The notes under the pieces were generated by a model, which saw only the letters and a program-made list of their open reading frames with translations, was not told where the DNA came from and made no database searches. The translations under genes and the position numbers were made by a program. A stretch of DNA of 64,000 bases from Phallusia mammillata (taxonomy: Eukaryota), in NCBI GenBank assembly GCA_965637545.1, contig OZ281501.1:15314001-15378000 (forward strand), given 5' to 3'. Within the stretch, counting starts at the first letter, position 1; the number at the start of each line of letters is the position of its first letter. Of this stretch, positions 61,038 through 64,000 are shown piece after piece.

Positions 61038-64000
61038 AATCAACTTTTAAATTGTGATAAAACCACGGTATCGTTTATTGCAGCGATTGCACAATCAAAA
61101 CTGCTATGACCTAAGAAACAACTGCCATGACCCAGACATGCCACGTGCCGCTACAAAAACAAATACGCACTTAACGCCTGAGCACCAGAAGCCGCAAGTG
61201 TCCTCAACGGCGTGATCAACCAGGCGCGACGAGATATCGACCACGTGGTTTTGAAGCGTTCAAGCCCACCGCCCAAAGTCAACAATTAGCGCCGCGCAAA
61301 TCCAGCCCGCAACGAGACAATGGTGAATGGTTGAAATCCGCCGGACCGAAATAGACGCGTTTGACGTCATTTGCCCGTCGACGTACGTCACCTTTGCCGC
61401 CTGGGTCCTCTCGTTTTTCCCACAGCGGCGGCCTCTCTCAGCCGGCGAAGCACGCTGTTTCTTCCTTCCGTCAAACCTGTGTTAAGCGAGGCGCATTTGG
61501 GAGGGCCCGACTCGATTCCCGACGACAACGACGACACGCATTCCAGAACTCATTGCACCGAAGTTTCTCTTATAGCAGCACGGGGCGTCACGCTTACAAC
61601 GGGAACAAATATTGTAAATTGGCAGACGCCGTCGTCGTTTGAACGTTGTTTACTCAAGCTAGTTATTTTGATCCCACATTCCGGCGTTCCACGCGCCATT
61701 GCAAACAAGCGTGGCATGTTCCAGACGTTCCTGAACTGAAAACTTATTAACGATTTGCTGACTAAACTTTCACCTCGCCGTAAATTGTCGGCAATGCATA
61801 TTAAAACTTTTATACCATTGCTACTGTTTTTTTAGTAACTTACAGGTATGACGAAATAAGTTAACCCAGATAAAAGAAAGGTAGTTTGTGAACTGTTGGT
61901 ACATTATGCAATAAAGGTGCAATCCAAACAGCTAAAAATTTAAATATCTTGTTTGCAATGGACTTAAAACACTTTCGTCAAGGGTCGTAACTTTAACAAC
62001 ATTTCAGTATGTTCAGTAATAGCCTAAATTAAAAAACATCGACACCAGAACTTAAACGCATGATCACTGTTTGCCAGTTACAACTTATGTAGGAGGTGGT
62101 GTAAGTATTGTTTTTTCACGTGATTTGTATAAAACAACACTTAAGATATAAAACAACAAAATTTTCAGACCTCTATCCGCAAGTGCTTACTGGTGCGTGA
62201 CGAACAAGCCTTGTCTAATCGCATAATAATCGTGTTCATTCATCCGCGACGCTTAATCTCAGCTAAGCGGAGATAACGTAATGCTTCAGTAAGAGCATCT
62301 ATTAGCTCATGTGTTTTTGCCGCGGACACAAAACACAGCGCCCAGGGTCTGCGTCAGCAGACTCAAACGTCATAAAGCTATTGTATTCCGCACCTAGGGA
62401 GACTCACAGGTTCCACAATCGTAAACTCGACGAACCCATTGGAGATTACGGAGTTCAAATCTCAGATCAACCCACTGGTTATTGCGTTTCTCCCTTTCTA
62501 AGCGCGTCTGTCCCTTTGGTTAATGATTCACTACATACCGCTCTTGTGTTTGGAAAGCGCAAAGACGTATACGCCTAATAACATGGCATTACGTTGCCTA
62601 AGAGAGAATATGTCTGTTGCTAAAGCAAAAACACAACGGCAAAGATAGAAAGATACTCGGCATCAGGCTATACACCTCAGGGTACAAGTTGTTATTTCAA
62701 AGCGGAGATAAGGCACATTAGTTTCAGCTAATGCGCCTTGCGTGGTTGCACCAAACAGCTTTTCCAAGTGCAAAAGTCAAGCTTAAAATAGCATCTAACC
62801 TAACTGTGTAGAACTCAACCAAAAACATGGCAGTTTTATAAGTCACAACAAAAAATGGGTTGCACCCTTTGATGCACGAGTGCAAAAATGATTTTAAATC
62901 ACAATCAATCAAGGCTGGCAACTTTTGGTATTAACCTAATGTATTTGTGCTGATTATTATAGTTACGTTAACGTCGACAATTGCAAAACTGAATTGCACG
63001 TACCGGTTTGTCCCGCTTGGCAGTTACGGATACAAATAAGGAAAAGACCGTAGCAAAAGATATGACAGAAATTTGTTCACACATATCTTGCAAGACATAT
63101 TTCTTATAAAGCGACAATTATGCCATTATCCTGATGAAGGCGTCTTGAATGGTACGTCAAAACGTCGATTATTTGTAATAAAAACTGCTGGAAGAGCAAT
63201 ACTCGTACATTATGTCCAGCAGCAATAGCTTATTTACAAACAAATATATTGGATTGTTTTCTTACGTTACACATTCCTTAAGTACTGACAATTAACCGCA
63301 GTCCTAAACCAAACAACCGGTTACATCAGCGATAACATTGCCCTAGCCTTGCCTGCCTCGCATAACTCTAACCAAAGATATTTTTAGTGCGTCCGCCTCT
63401 AAAACTAACCTTGGGTAAAAGTGCGTACAGTCGAGCGCATGGTCTCGAAATAGCGCCGTTTGACGTCAATTGCTCCTGCGCGCAAGATAAAAAGAGAGAA
63501 TTTTATTTGGAGTGGGAGCAATAGGAGGGGAGTGAGAAAAAATGCGTGCCTTCGTTACACGCTCTCTCGCTGGCTGGGTGGCTAATTTAGAAATGGTCGC
63601 AACTTACAGATTGGGTCAGTTAGCTTCTGTAGGCAGTGGAGAAGCAGGGATAGATAGAGCAACGTCGTGCGTAAACTGATGGATACGTAATTTTGATTTG
63701 ACCTTTTGTCAAGTAATTACGACACGGAGCTTGAGGCGGTATGTTTTTATCTTCGTGCAGAATGAGATGCGTGCAAAAGGGAAATATAAGGGAATTACTT
63801 TCTCCGGCTTTACACGCTGGAAACTGGTATTGGATGAAAATGCAATTCATAAGCGAAAGGTCGTGATAAAATTTATTAACCAATTTCTGTAAGCTGTTAT
63901 ATTTTTTCGCTTGTATTTAATGTGAAGAATTGAATTTAGCATGCCGAAGGGCGAAGACCAAATATAAGAGGACAAATGCTGAAATAACGGGTAAAACATT

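Overview
AT-rich, intron-containing animal DNA, most likely an ascidian/tunicate (inferred from the gene families present and a near-perfect match to the Ciona-type spliced leader). There is no prokaryotic content, CRISPR array, rRNA or tRNA. Four intact protein-coding genes and one pseudogene can be built by hand from splice sites and reading phases. (1) A 16-exon minus-strand complement factor B/C2-like gene (1210-8745) with the architecture signal peptide-LDLa-WAP-CCP-CCP-vWA-trypsin domain; its protease domain has lost the catalytic His and the Cys42-Cys58 pair. (2-3) Two intronless FLVCR/SLC49-like MFS transporters (11300-12712, 17106-18533), flanking an inverted, frameshifted third copy (about 13000-13990). 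(4) A 25-exon plus-strand GPCR (27264-49596, 1289 aa) with about 18-19 LDLa repeats joined directly to an RXFP/LGR-type 7TM, with no leucine-rich repeats and a roughly 105-aa ECL2. Introns and intergenic DNA carry several non-autonomous DNA transposons with clean 8- or 9-bp TSDs, short tandem repeats and one 184-N assembly gap. The last 14 kb has no recognisable protein gene but is CpG-rich in patches, with candidate divergent spliced transcripts and a duplicated CRE-containing motif.
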